Source of the DNA: the human T2T-CHM13v2.0 reference genome, Homo sapiens
Length of the DNA: 64,000 nucleotides
Direction: 5' to 3' (one strand)
NCBI RefSeq assembly: GCF_009914755.1
Contig: NC_060937.1
The notes under the pieces are model-generated. The model ran no database searches. It saw only the letters and a list, made by a program, of their open reading frames with translations, and had not been told where the DNA came from. A program made the position numbers and the translations under genes. Shown here piece by piece: positions 28,690-43,642 of the stretch (the first letter of the stretch is position 1; each line of letters opens with the position of its first letter).

Positions 28690-29220
28690 CAAAGAAGGCC
28701 ACACAATGTTTGTTTCTTGACTAACATGCTTTTCTAGAATCTTGCCACTCCCTCATTGAAGGTTGGCTTCATCTGGCCTTCCCTTGAAACTTGGTGAGTT
28801 TCTGACTCTTTTATAACCAATAAAATGCAACAGAAGTGACATTTTGTGACTTTCAAGGTTAAATCATAAAGTGTATTGCAGTTCCTATCTTGTGCCTGAG
28901 CCCTGAACCATCAAATAAGCAGTCCAGCTGTCCTGAGGCAGCCATGCTGTGAGGAAGCCCAAACCAACTCATATAGAGTGACCATGATGGCGAGGCTCAA
29001 GATTTCAGGAAGAAAAACAGATAGCGGGCCAGTCCACAGCTGTTCCAACACCTATCACCATCTGACTGCAGCTGCACTGAAAGATGCTAGGCTAGAACTG
29101 CCTAGTCAAGCCCTTCCAAAATTCCTGACCCACAGAAATGGTAAGAAATGAAATGGTCACCTTCAAGCCACTGAGTGTTTGGGTAATCGTAATCTGTTAT
29201 GCAGAAATGGATAAACACAA
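28690..29220 (+). mobile_element. Old MLT1 LTR
   Basis: GCCATGCTGTGAGGAAGCCC and AATTCCTGACCCACAGAAA motifs. Confidence 0.75.
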
Positions 29221-29264
29221 CAAAGGAAAAAAACCTGAGTAGAGCCTTCCAGGCTCATGGTTAC

Positions 29265-29307
29265 CAGCACATGCAGGGAAGGGAGTTCCTTGGTCGCTTT
29301 CTCTTTT
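29265..29307 (-). CDS. DCT: DCT alternative cassette exon B in intron 6 (KEKATKELPSLHVL)
   Basis: CAACAG|A acceptor, CTG|GTAACC donor, 43 nt; together with cassette A totals 99 nt = 33 aa in frame. Confidence 0.88.
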
Positions 29308-30109
29308 CTGTTGAGACACAAAATTTAATAGAAATTTTGTTTGTAGTTCTTACATTCTCAGTGTGAGCTGAATTGGGACCCGCTGCCCCATGCAGAAGTG
29401 GCCCATTCCTGGAGGCAGGGGAGAAACTGTGGGGGGGCGGGGTGAAATGGGAAGAGCCCCATTCTTCCTCAGTGTTGGGGGGCTAGAGATGCCACCCCCT
29501 TTTCCTGGCCCCCTCTGGGTTCCAGGAAGGAGAACAGATGGAATGTCAGGCCTGAGACTTCTCCTCCACACTGCTGCCCCCTGGGTGGGAGGGTAGCTAA
29601 GAGATCCAGACAGAGAATGAGAAGGCAGAGGTGGTGAAACGGGGATAGTGACGCAGCTTGAGATGAATAAAACACAGCCTGTGGAGCTGATGATCCAGGA
29701 TCACAGAGGTCTGTAAACCTCAACAGTGGACACCAATAACATGGCACTGAGAAGGTAGGGAAGATAATATATATTAGGTACCTAGTACACAGCACCTTTC
29801 TTGTAGGAAATGGTTATTCAATGGTTGTTATCACTATGACTATACCATCAGTACTATTATTATTTTAACTTGGGACAAGGACTTATGGAAGAAGAATGAT
29901 GGAATTCGCATTTTGCAGGTGGGTGGGGCCTGCAAGCACCTCTGAAATCACACACACTGTACATATAGCCAATGAGGAGCTGGGCATTTAGGAATGCATG
30001 TGGCACATGCCTAGCACTTTTTGATAAGTAAATTAGTGAGTATTTATTAGTGTTTGCTCAATTACCCAAAATGACATATTGAATCCTCAAAGCAGCCTGA
30101 TTTGGTGGA

Positions 30110-30584
30110 TATTATTTGTTTGCTCAGGCTGCTGTAACAAAGTACTACAGACTGGGTGGCTTAGACAACAGGCATTTGTCTTACGGTTGGAGACAGTGTC
30201 TCGCTTCTAGGCAGCTGGAAGTCCAACACCAAGATGTCAGTGGGGCTGGTTCCTTCTAAGCACTGTGAGGGAAAATCTGTTCCAGACCTCACTCCTACCT
30301 TCTCGGGCCTTGCTGACAATCTTTGGCATTCCTTGCCTTGTAGATCTCTATCTTCATCCTCATGCAGTGTTCTCCCTGTGTGCAGGTGCCTATGTCCAAA
30401 TTTTCCCTTTTTATAGGGACACCACTCACACTAGATTAGGGACCTACTCTACTCCAGTATGACATTTTATGTTAATAAACTATATCTGCAGCTATCCTAT
30501 TTCCAAACAAGGTGACATTCTGAGTTATTAGCTATTAGGACTTTGACATATGAATTTTGTGGGGGACAATTCAACCCATAACAT
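30110..30584 (-). mobile_element. MLT1B/C LTR
   Basis: GGCTGCTGTAACAAAGTACTACAGACTGGGTGGCTT...ACAATTCAACCCATAACA. Confidence 0.8.
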
Positions 30585-30740
30585 TATTACCCTGTTTTAC
30601 AGATGGGGAATAAAAGGCACAAAAGTGTTAAGTGACTTGCCTAAGGTCACACAGCTAATATATGGTAGAGTAAGAATTTGAACCCAGGAAGTCTGGTTCT
30701 AAAGTGAGAGTTCCTAATCCACATACTCTACTTCCTCTAC
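30585..30740 (-). mobile_element. MIR
   Basis: TTTTACAGATG...TTAAGTGACTTGCCTAAGGTCACACAGCTA core. Confidence 0.85.
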
Positions 30741-30742
30741 AC

Positions 30743-31089
30743 CACCGGTCCCCAACCTTTTTGGCACCAGGGACTGGTTTTCGAGGAAGACAATTTTCAC
30801 GGACCAGGGGGTGGTGGATGGGAAGGGAGATGGTTTCAGGATGAAATTGTTCCACCTTGGATTATCAGACATTAGTTAGATTCTCATAAGGAGTGTGCAA
30901 CCTAGGGCCCTCTCAGGTGCAGTTCATGATAGGGTTTGCACTCTTATGAGAATCTAATGCTGCTGATCTGACAGGAGGCGGAGCTCAAGTGATAATGCTC
31001 AATTGCTTACCATCCACCTGCTGTGTGGCCCAGTTCCTAAGAGGCCACAGACCAGCATGGGCCCATGGCCCAGGGGTTGGGGACCCCTG
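30743..31089 (+). mobile_element. MER1B (hAT-Charlie)
   Basis: TIRs CACCGGTCCCCAACC...GGTTGGGGACCCCTG; 8-bp TSD CTCTACAC / CTTTACAC. Confidence 0.9.
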
Positions 31090-31511
31090 CTTTACACCAC
31101 CACACTGTAGTACAACCTTCAGGACCAACTAGAATAAGAAAAATTGATTTTGAAGGCATATTCTCCAATCTTAACAATGCAGAAAGAGGATACTTTGACC
31201 TATGAGTCCTAAACCAATCATGAACTTTTAGATACTGTCTGAGTTCAAGTCAGGGTTCAAATTGTGATGACAGAAAGAGACAAGAGACTATCAGGACACA
31301 AGGAAGATGCAGAATCAGTGCTGTAAGAGGCAAATAACTTATAGAAAGTATCAGAATTCACCAAGGGAAAAATGTAAATAATAAAGGAGAAGGCAAGATC
31401 CTAAGGCAATTAGTAATCTGGAGAGATAAAAGAATAGGGGAAAATAATAAGGAGGAATTGAAATTGTAGCTCTCAGGAGGGCTATAAAACATACAATAAA
31501 TGCTCTAGTAA

Positions 31512-31816
31512 GGCTGCACACAGTGGCTCATGCCTGTAATCCCAGCACTTTGGGAAGCTGAGGCAAGAGGATCACATGAGCCCAGGAGTTCGAGACCAGC
31601 CCCAGCAACAGAGTGAGACCCCATTTCTACAAAAATTTAAAAATTAGCTAGGTGTGATAGTGTGTGCCTGTGGTCCCAGCTACTTGAGGCTGAGATGCGA
31701 GGATCATTTGAGCCCTGGAAGTCAAGGCTGCAGTGAGCTATGATTGTGCCACTGCACTCCAGCCTGAGTGACAGAGCGAGATACTGTCTCAACAACAACA
31801 ACAACAACAACAACAA
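31512..31816 (+). mobile_element. AluJ with (CAA)n tail
   Basis: Alu consensus; TSD GCTCTAGTAA. Confidence 0.9.
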
Positions 31817-32167
31817 AGCTCTAGTAAGAACTATATACAGAGTACCCAAATTATAGAATGTAAGTTTTTTTGAAAAGACTGGTACATGCTGAGAAAATGC
31901 AAAGCATCCAATGAACAAAATGCTACAAGCAATAACATATCTACAAGCTAAAAAGAGAAGTAGTACAATCTACGGAATAGGTAGTTTTGTTAAAATTGTG
32001 GGCATTATTCCTCAATAAGGTACCTTGAATTGCTCTTGAAAAACTAATTGTATCTTTGTTAAATACAAGTTAAAAATGTTAAATACAAGTTAATATCTCT
32101 GTAAAGGGTCAAATGTCATTTGAGGGTAGGAAGCAAAAGCAAAAGTTAAATGAAAGTGTATCATTGG

Positions 32168-32499
<332 letters not shown>

Positions 32500-33488
32500 T
32501 CATCTGCTCGAGGGCTACATAGCTACGTTTTGGTATTAGAAACTGAGTACTTCAGAAATGAGGTTCTGAATTTTGGCATATAAACCTATTCTGTCTTGTT
32601 CCAACAAAATGAGGATAGGTACAGAAAAGGAAAAAAAAAACAACACTAAATTTCAAAGTAGAGGCCATAATGGAAAAAAAAATGTGATTACATGGGCTTT
32701 CAAGGTAAAGATTTTTCATGTAACCCATGCAGGAGAAAGTAATCAACCAACAAATATTGCACCTGCAGGCATAAAGAAAATAAAATACAAGAAAGTGTGC
32801 ATTATTTTTTCAAGATCATTGGAGGATAAAGTTACTATCAAAGGGCCTTAGCTTAAATGACTATAAATTTGGATTCCCACCACACAGATGAAATAAGAAA
32901 AGTTTCTGCATCTAGAGAAAGAACCATGGAAATATGAGGCCGGCTGCAAAGATGTGTGTGCATCATTAAAGACCAGCACAGTGTAGCTTTCACCACTTGA
33001 GTTCATGTGTTACTGCCCAGAAGGCATCCTTTGTCATCAGACTGGATCCTATTGTGGTGACATGCTATTGCTCTGGTCCTGTGAGAGTCAGAACTAAGTG
33101 ACAATTCAAATGTGATCACTTAAAAGCCACATGACAGATAAAAGCACACACAGGTCCATATGGGAACTCTAATTTAAAACTTAAAGTAGAAGGTATACAT
33201 TAAAAGGTTGGTTTGGACTTTTTAAATGAGAGAATTCCTAATGGTCATTCCTAAAAAATATATTTCATCAGGCTTGCTATTTTAGGGAAATATCTTGTCT
33301 TGTTCTACCAAAGATTTGAAAACAAATGTAATTGGGATGCTGGTTTCACACTGCCCTAAATAGGCCATATGTAATAGGCATGAAATAGTTAAACAACACC
33401 CAAGCCTTTATTTAATTAACTAAGCTCTGCCACAAGGAGGTGGGTACTACACAGAGAGAATATTTCAGTGACTGATGAGAAACAATCT

Positions 33489-33849
33489 CCTATGGACTCA
33501 ATGTGTGTGCCCTACCCCGAACAAATTCATATTTTGAAATCCTAACTCCCAGTGTGATGGTAATAGGAAATGGGGCCTTTGGGAAATAATTAAGCCATAA
33601 GGATGGGGTTCTCATGAATGGAATTAGTGCCCTTACCAAAGAGACCCAGAGAGCTCCTCCCTTTCAGCTACGTGAGGACAAGCAAGAAAATGGCCGTTAT
33701 GAGCCAGGAAGAAGTTCCTCACCACACGCTGAATCTGCTAATGCCTTGATCTTCAACTTCTCAGCCTCCAGAACTGTGAGAAATAAATGTTGTTTAGGCC
33801 ACCCAGTCTCTGGTATTTTTGTTTTAGCAGCCTGAATGGACTAGGACAC
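33489..33849 (+). mobile_element. MST/MLT1A-type LTR
   Basis: CTATGGACTCAATGTGTGTG...GCAGCCTGAATGGACTAGGACA. Confidence 0.8.
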
Positions 33850-35559
33850 AACCACGGAAGAGAAAAAAAAAGATATTGGAGCAATAATAGCATCTTCCAG
33901 GCAGGGCGCAGCAAGGATGGTGCTATAATTTTCTCTCCCTATATTTCCCTATCCATTCTTTTATAGCACCCTGGGCAGGCAAAACAGAAAGTATTTCTCA
34001 GGCATTTTGGAGGAGTTATATCAGGAACACATTCTCCCACATAGACTTGTATAATAGCCTTGTATACTATATGTGTGTAAAAATGTACACAATATACATT
34101 GTATACAAGCTCTAACAGCACACATACAAAAAAAAATCGAGAGAATTAGAAATGCTGATTCTAAACCCTTGAGGAAAAAAAGCTTCTTCTTCAAGAATTA
34201 AACTCTGAACAGATGCAGAGGACTACAGAAAGACTCTGCTAGGTCAACTTTAAAAGAAGTGACCAGTTCAACATGCATCATAAGTTGACATTACGGATTG
34301 GAGAAAGAACCAAGGTGATGCTAGAAGAGATTCTAGATAGAGACTAAGCTACCTCTCAGGCCATTCTTGACTAAACAATCATGAAAACTCTAGGAGAGAG
34401 TTGCTCAACTCAATGCTAGAACCATCTTAGATTTGTATGTAAGTTGTGGTTTGTTATTATATTCATATTTTATCAGAATGAATTGGATGTAATTCATAGG
34501 TTTAGTTCTTCTCAATATAGTATGCATTTATCCTTATAAATTCTAGAGTTGAAGAGAATCCATTCAGGTGACATTTAGCACCTGTGAAATTAAAGAAAAC
34601 AAGCCAGCCCCCAGCCTAGTCCATAGAAACACTGCCACCCTGGGGAACCAGAGAGGGGTCCAGCCACCCTCTCTGATTCCTCAGCTCTTATAAAACTCAT
34701 CAAGATGTTATGCCACTTAGGAGGTAGTAACTGTGTACCTGCTATTTAAAAACTAGTATTGAATAAGTAAATGTGACATTTAAAAAGCATAAATACATGC
34801 TCACAATGAAAGCAATGACTATCATTTCAAAAGCTGTGCAAAATTAGTCAGATCTGCCCTTCACCAATTAGTGTTAATTCCTATTAATATGATCTAATGG
34901 GACTTAATTTCCTCAGCTATAGTGAATGCAATTGTGAAGAGACTGAGTTAAGAATTGTCTAAACTGACAAAAGGCAAAATTGTAGCTGAAAGATTGAACA
35001 CGGGGAGATTTTTGAATAGGAAACTTTTCTTATAAATCTCTGCTCAGCCATTTACTGATTGGTGTGACCTTGACACATTTCTTAGCCTCTCTAAACTGTA
35101 TTTTCCCTGTGTTTAAAACAAGGAGAGTAGTTTACTATATACAGATTTGTTCATTTAAGAGGTGAGCTTTGCAAGACATCTCGCATAGGGGCCATCACAG
35201 AATAGATGTACAATAATAGGACATTCTCCTCACAAAAATGTACAGAACATCTACTAAGTGTCAGGTACTGTTCTAGAGGTTGAGTATGTTTTCAGTGATC
35301 ACATTCATTTTCCATAAACTAATAAAACCTACAAAATACATCTTTACATGACCAGATTATTAGGTTTTCCAGGAAAATAAAATATTAAAAGAAAATGTTG
35401 TATTTTGTTACTCACACAGAGGACGAATTACTTTCCCTAATTCTGACTTTTTTGAATATTTAGGGTTTTTTTTTTCTTTTTCCAGAAGTCATGATCACAA
35501 ACAAAAGTTATGAAGACAGATCACAGAAAAGGAGGTGCAAATGGATTTTTTCTTTTTGA

Positions 35560-35878
<319 letters not shown>

Positions 35879-35889
35879 TAGACTTCACT

Positions 35890-36560
35890 TATAAGAAGAG
35901 AAATGCAAATTAAAATTTGCTAAAATGCCTTTTCACCTATCACGTTGACAAAGATGAAAAAGTGTGATGACACAGGGACAAAGAGCATAATGAGAGGGAA
36001 TGATGGGGGAACTGTGGCTCTGACACATAGGTGACACACAGGTATTAGGAGGGAATATTGTCCAAACTTCTAGAGGCAATTCTGTAACATTTATCAAATT
36101 TCAAATGCATTTTTTTACCCTTTAAGCCAGGGATTCTATTCTCTTTACTTACCTTACATGTTCAAGGATGTTTGTTGTAGCATTGTAAAGCAAACGATTA
36201 GAAATCACCTAAATGTCCATCAACAGAAAATAGTTTAAAATCTTAAATTTAAAATTAAAATAATACATTTCAGGATAAATCCATGCAAAAGAATACTATA
36301 CAGCTATAAAAAAAGAATAAGAATGCCCTTCAGAACTGAAATGATTTGGAATAAGTTAAAAAAAAAGTGGGGGAAAGGCAAAGGGACAGAGGGGTCTATA
36401 ATATGCTACCATGTAGATAAATATATAAACATATTTGTTTGTGTATTTATAAAATATATCTGGAAAATTAGAAAAAAATTGTATTGTTTGCTGGAAGATG
36501 GTAGTGATAATACGGACTTCATTTTATACATTTTATATTTTGAATCTTTTATGTGCACTA
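35890..36560 (+). mobile_element. Old L1 (L1ME-like) ORF2 3' end hosting cassette exon A in antisense
   Basis: AGAGAAATGCAAATTAAAA and AAGGATGTT...GCA...AACCTAAATGTCCATCAACAG-like L1 signatures. Confidence 0.8.
36153..36208 (-). CDS. DCT: DCT alternative cassette exon A in intron 6 (VISNRLLYNATTNILEHVR), L1-derived
   Basis: TTTAG|GTG acceptor, AAG|GTAAGT consensus donor, 56 nt, open in phase 0; matches my recollection of the TRP-2-6b / isoform 2 insert. Confidence 0.88.
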
Positions 36561-36679
36561 AGATTTTAAGATGAAAAAATTTAGAAAACTATGCAACAAC
36601 CTAAAAATTAAATAAATTAAGTGATAATGGGATATTATACATAATAGGTGCCTTATAGAGATGGTCCTCTGAATCCAAT

Positions 36680-36841
36680 TATAAGTAATCTAGACATGAT
36701 TTAGAGTATACAGAAGGATGTGCGTACCTTATATGCAAATATAATGCCATTTTATATAAGGGACTTGAGTAGTCACAGATTTTGGTACCCATGGTGGGGG
36801 GTCCTGGAACTAATTCCCTCAAGATATTGAGGGATGACTAT
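36680..36841. mobile_element. MER2 (Tigger) fragment
   Basis: TATATGCAAATATAATGCCATTTTATATAAGGGACTTGAG...GAGGGATGACT. Confidence 0.8.
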
Positions 36842-37117
36842 AATTGCAACTGTATAAAACATACGAGAATATGAAAAGAAATAAACAAAAAAATTGAGAT
36901 GGAATTACAGGCATTTAAAAACTATTTTCACCAACATTTCTGTAATTATAAATAATATAAAAATCATAAACCAATAAAAATAAAAATTTCACATACAACA
37001 ATGTTATTTTATTTTTTTACAATATTAGTCTAATTATGATTTTTCTTATTTAAAGTAAAGCAAAATGGATCTATCTTTAAATGTTTCACTCTTGGGAAGA
37101 AAAAAGCAATGCCCTAT

Positions 37118-37464
37118 TGATATGGTTTAGCTGTGTTCCCACCCAAATCTCATCTTGAATTGTAGCTCCCACAGTTCCCACATGTTGTGGAAGGGATGTA
37201 ATTGAATCATGGGGGTGGGTCTTTCCCATGCTGTTCTTATGATAGTGAATAAGTCTCATGAGATCTGATGGTTTTATAAATGAGAGTTTTCCTGCACAAG
37301 TTCTCTCTTGGCTGCCACCATGTAAGATGTGCTTTTCACCTTCCACCATGATCGTGAGGTCTCCCCAGCCACATAGAACTGTAAGTCCATTAAACCTCTT
37401 TTTCTCTATAAATTACTCAGTCTCAGATACATCTTTATCAGCAGCATGAAAACAGACTGATACA
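37118..37464 (+). mobile_element. THE1 solo LTR
   Basis: TGATATGGTTT...GACTGATACA with 5-bp TSD CCTAT. Confidence 0.92.
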
Positions 37465-38651
37465 CCTATCCTTCTTTTTTTAAATTTCAACTAAACTCAC
37501 TCTAACTCAGAATTATTTATACCTGTAATTGTGAGCTTTTGATTTCACTAACTTTGTTGTAGCCTAGAACAGCAGACTCAGAAGGGCTCTTTCTTACAGG
37601 GTTAATTTATGGTAGTCCATCAGCTATGTGTGGTTTTAGAAATTCATTTTCTCCTGCTGCACATTTTCTAAATTAATGAACTTATTTTATACACTGATTA
37701 GTAATAAGACTACTGTATGTTGTATTCCATTTAGAATGTCAACGTACAAGGTAGAAAACAGGCACGAGCTGTTTAGTATTAATTATGGAACCTATGGACC
37801 CCCCAGCCACTGATGAATTGAAGGAACGTAGAACTCACCAAATGTACTTTCTAAAAGGATAACATCCAAGTATACTCTTAAGAATAGTATCTTTAGGAAT
37901 TGGGAAGGAAATTACCACTATGTAACACAGTTTCTTTCTTGGCATTTAAATAACTTTACAGTCTGTTGGTTTCCTTTTTTTTCTCTTTTCTGGATTATAT
38001 CTAAATTTAATATTGAAGACAGCACTTAGCATTTCTCTGGCCTAATCTTATTTTCCATGATAAATGTGTGCATTTGCCTCAATTACCTTAGGAATTACTA
38101 GAGATTGCTTCAGAGTTTTTCCTGCACTTTAATGTTCTGCCTTCTTTTGCTCATTATTGTGATCACATACAATTTTGTAGCTCTATTGCTTGGAGAGATT
38201 TCACAAAAAAAATTTTAATAAATGTCATGTGCAATATATTTGCATGAATTGCCTCATGAATTTGAAATTCCAGAAGCTATAACTCTGTTAACTGAAATAC
38301 TTTAACCTGGATCTCAATATGTGAAAAATCATTTAAGGCTGAATTGGCTTCAGCATAAAACTCTTTGAAAATAGCCTAAAGTAATGGTGAGTTCTGGAAC
38401 TAGGCCCAAAACATTATTCATTCTGTGCCTTTAAAGAAAGGCTGTGGCTTTTTGTTTATTTATATGTATATTACACATACTACTAAAGAAAAATAAAATT
38501 TTAACATTAAGCACATTAGAAACAACGAACACAAAGATCATTAAATGTCTTATATCTCTGAACCACGGGATTTCTCACCCATCAAGTCACAATGTGAGCT
38601 TCCACCCTAAAGCAGAAGGAGAAATATGACTAAAGGGAAATCCCTACTACA

Positions 38652-38926
38652 GGCCAGATATGGTGACTCACCCAGTGCTTTGGGAGGCCAAGGTGGGAGG
38701 ATTGCTTGAGGCTAGGAGTTCTGAGACCAGCCTAGGCAACATAGTAAGACCTCATCTCTACAAAAATAAAAAATTTAAAAAGCTGAGCATGGTGGTATGT
38801 GGCTATAGTCCTAGCTACTTGGGAGGCTGAGGCAGGAGGATCACTTGAGCCCAGAAGTTTGAGGCTGCCGTGAGCTATGATCATGCCACTGCATTTCAGC
38901 CTGGGCAACAGAGAGAGACTGTCTCT

Positions 38927-38964
<38 letters not shown>
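38652..38964 (+). mobile_element. AluJ with (GA)n microsatellite tail (38928-38964)
   Basis: Alu consensus followed by ~18 AG units. Confidence 0.9.
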
Positions 38965-38966
<2 letters not shown>

Positions 38967-39021
38967 CCTACTATCCTTACTACAAACTAATACAAAGAAG
39001 AAAAGTGAATCCTTTACACCA

Positions 39022-39240
39022 CAGGTTGATAAATTAAAGCCTGAGGGCCAAATAGAGCCTACAACCTGTTTTTGTAAATAACGTTTTATTGGAACACCAC
39101 ATTCATTTGTTTATGCATGATCTATGGCTGATTTCATGATACAGGGGCAGAGTTCAGTAGTTACAACAGAAAACATCTGGCCTCCAAAGCCCAGAATATT
39201 TGCTACCTGGCTATTTACAGAAAAATGTTGCCAATTTCTG
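39022..39240 (+). mobile_element. MER58A (hAT-Charlie)
   Basis: TTTTGTAAATAACGTTTTATTGGAACAC...TTTACAGAAAAATGTTGCCAATTTCTG. Confidence 0.8.
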
Positions 39241-40399
39241 TCCACTTAGCAGGCTTGTTCAAAAGAAGGAGATACGGTTTAGCAATCCTGGAGACTTGGG
39301 ATGCAGAAAATCAAATTACTAGCATCATTTTTAATAGGAGAGAAAGAGTTGGGGTATAATCCTTAATTTATCAGAGGATTCCACTGTTCTACTTATAACA
39401 TATTGGAGTACTGGATAAGGAGTATTATGACATTTTTCCTTATGAATATGAATTGTGTGTATAAATTGTACAGTTGACAATGTATGCTTTAATAAATACT
39501 TAGAGACGTATAGTATAAATAGATGTACAGATACATGGCTGAGAAAGCAGACACCAGAAATGCTTGGCATAAGCTATGGCTGAGACGATAGCCAGAAAAA
39601 ATGATGTGAACTATCAAGTTAAAATCATTGAACAAAGCAGGCATTCTAGAGAAAAGCAAAGATCGCTGTGGCGGCGTCACAGATAAGCCCCCACCTTGTT
39701 AGAGGCTGGGACCATTAATTCAGACTTCTGACAACCCCTTCATTTATTGCTACTATGCAAATATGAGGAAAGAAACATTTTTTAGAAGGAAAGAACAACT
39801 CTACCAACTAATTCCGTCTCAGGATTTCTTGAAGCTCACCTGACTATGCTTTAATCTATCTAGGAGCCCCAGAAAGCTACTTCACACCCATCAGGCAAGC
39901 TTAGAATCATTGAAAGCTATACCTTTACTCTCCCTCTTCATAGCTCCTTTTTTTGTACCCTGGGTTGAGTAACAATAATAAATCACCTGTGAAATACTTC
40001 TGACTTTGTGCTTATTAGTAAAATGTCTTAGGGCATTACTGTCTGCTTTGGAGAACAAGATAAGAAATATTAATTAAGGTTTGAAAATCTAAACCTAACA
40101 TATGGTTCTCTAATTCTGACCATTATAAAACACATTATTATTGTTATGATAACATTTGTATTGTACTTGACGGGCTCTAGACCAGTTTCCTATTGTCCTA
40201 ATCTACTAAGAGTCACTTCACTGAGAACAACATTTTCACCACCAGATCAGGTCAAGAGACCCACACTTTGCAGAGTGGGAAGCAGAAGCTCCATGTGGTT
40301 CAATTACATTCCCAAGATTGCCCTGGTCTGTATCAAGTAAAACTGATTGACTTGTAATCAGTCATGAAGCCTCCAAAAAGTCCAGAAAAACAAACTTCT

Positions 40400-40737
<338 letters not shown>

Positions 40738-40749
40738 TTATAAATGCTA

Positions 40750-41107
40750 TATCTGGACTGAACTGTGTTTCCCCAAAATCCGTGTGTTGAAGCCCTAACC
40801 CACAATGTGACTATACTTGGAGATAGAGCCTAGAAAGAGGTAATTAAGGTTTAATGAGGTCAGAACCATAGGGCCCTGGATTAGTGTTATCATAAAAGGA
40901 GGCATCAGAGAGTTTATTCTCTCTCTCCCTCCACTATATGAGGATGCAGCTAGAAGGCTCAGGAAGAGAGTCTTCACCAGGAACCAAATCAGCTGGCACC
41001 TTGGTCTTAGACCTCCTGGCCTCTAGAACTGTGGGATATAAATTTCTGTTGTTTAAGCCATCCAATCTGTGGTCTTTCATTATGGCAGCCTGAGCAGACT
41101 AAGACAC
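40750..41107 (+). mobile_element. MLT1A-type LTR
   Basis: GGACTGAACTGTGTTTCCCCAAAATCC...AGCAGACTAAGACA. Confidence 0.8.
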
Positions 41108-41424
41108 ATTGCTAAGATTAACATTAAGGTGAGGAAAATTCTGGAGAAAAACAGAGAGTCTTTGGATATCACACAATCTAACTGGATAACAATATAAACT
41201 CAAAATACTGGCAAAATAAAAAAGGAGAAGAGGTGAAATTTCTTCTTGTAATTGCTCCAAAACTATCTATTCAAGACATACAACTCAGAAGACACACAGA
41301 CAGGGTTAAAATAGACGAGGGTGAGTTGCGTATCTGTAAAGCAGGAGCACTTTTGGGGATTGGCTGCTGAGACATGAATGTGTATGTTGTCTAAATCTCT
41401 TATGACAACTTGAGTGACCTGTAC

Positions 41425-41979
41425 TTAGAAAAGCAGCCCCTGACATTCAAGAGCTGGCCTGGCGCTATCAACGAGGACTTGATGTCCCCCTATCAGACAT
41501 AAACGATTTCGTAGAACATCGACAGCAGACAAGGCCACTCTGTGACCATGACGGATCAGGACAAAAACAAGAAAACCCCATAACCGTGTCTGAGCACAGA
41601 CAAATTATGAACATTGTCCAAGATGCAAGATGCGTGACACCCCCTTTCCCGGCTAATATGAGCATCTGCTGCTGTTTTACCAATTATGGCTTTAACCTCA
41701 GTCTAGTCTGCCCCATATACAGACATAATCACTCTATCAAGATACCCACTCATAGAATCAGGAAGCATACCCCTGCTTCCTGACAACATCTGATTCAGAG
41801 CAAAGCTTCCAAAAGTCCTCCCCAAATCACCTAGCACAAGCCCAAACCCTTTCTGTCTTTTCCAACACCCACTGGCTGAGACTTTCCACAGTCCTCCATT
41901 CTCTGCCTGCAAGGAGTAACAGACCAATGTATTCAACTACATTGTGTTCCTAGAGGTCACAGACTGAAGAGCATTGACT
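41425..41979 (+). mobile_element. Probable ERV solo LTR (subfamily not identified)
   Basis: LTR-like composition (CAAGGCCACTCTGTGACCATG...CCCCAAATCACC...GAGCATTGAC); boundaries uncertain. Confidence 0.55.
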
Positions 41980-42072
41980 AGGGTAGCTGAACAGTGTAGC
42001 CCTGACTCGTATTTCCCCATTTTGTTTGTCTTAGAAAAGTTCACCAGGGGATGAATATACTTTAAAAACTAA

Positions 42073-42752
<680 letters not shown>

Positions 42753-43642
42753 TGAGACAGAAATCAAACTGATATACCAAAGGAGTTCATCACACTGAAA
42801 TTTAAATAACTGTGAGGCTCCTGCACAGTCAACAGCAATCCTATTTACTGTCTGTATTATTACATGTCAGAGGTATGAATCAGATTAACAAATTAAATTG
42901 CCTCAAATGTGAGTTTTTGTATTAATGCCATCGGTGAAGGCATTTGTCATTTTTTGCTCCTATTAGCCAGGAAAGGGGATGTCATGCATCTTGTGGCTTG
43001 GAAAATGTTCATAATTTGTCTGTGCTTAGACACAGTTATGGAGTAGTCTTGTTTTTGTCCTGATCCACCATGATCAGAGTGGCCTTGTCTGCTGTTGATG
43101 TTCTAGGAGATTGTTTATGTCCAACAGGGGACACCAAGGCCTGGTTGATTTCACCAGGCCAGCTCTTGGATGTCAGGTGCTGCTTTTCTTCTTTCTCAAG
43201 TAAAGCTCACTCAAGTTGGAGTAGGAGGTTTAAGTGTCCAGCACACCCTCTCCATTCTCCTCCCCTTTTCTGGCTAACAGAACCTCTCTTTCCTGCAGGT
43301 AACACATTGAAGGTGGTTTGTGTGGACTACTGAACCTCAACAATACTCACTTAGCCAATGAAAAATCATTTATTATTATGCTAATTTATGAATTCACCAG
43401 TGGAATTGTAAACTCTTGTCTAAGATCACCCAAAAGTGAACCATCCCTGAAGCATGGGTTCTGATTAGGGCCTTCAAATGCTACCTAACCATCCCTATGG
43501 TATAGATTGAAATTAATTTACATTTGCACACATCACATTGTTCACACAGAGAATAAAACACCATCAAACATTAATTGTATGAAAAAATAAATCTGACATA
43601 TTATCTAGAAAATTTTCATGCATTCTGAATCTTTGAACATAC

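Noticed and set aside
32057-32093. 17-bp repeat TGTTAAATACAAGTTAA with 20-bp period (similar small repeats near 9885 and 15570)
   Set aside because: Ordinary slippage duplications in AT-rich DNA with no further structure
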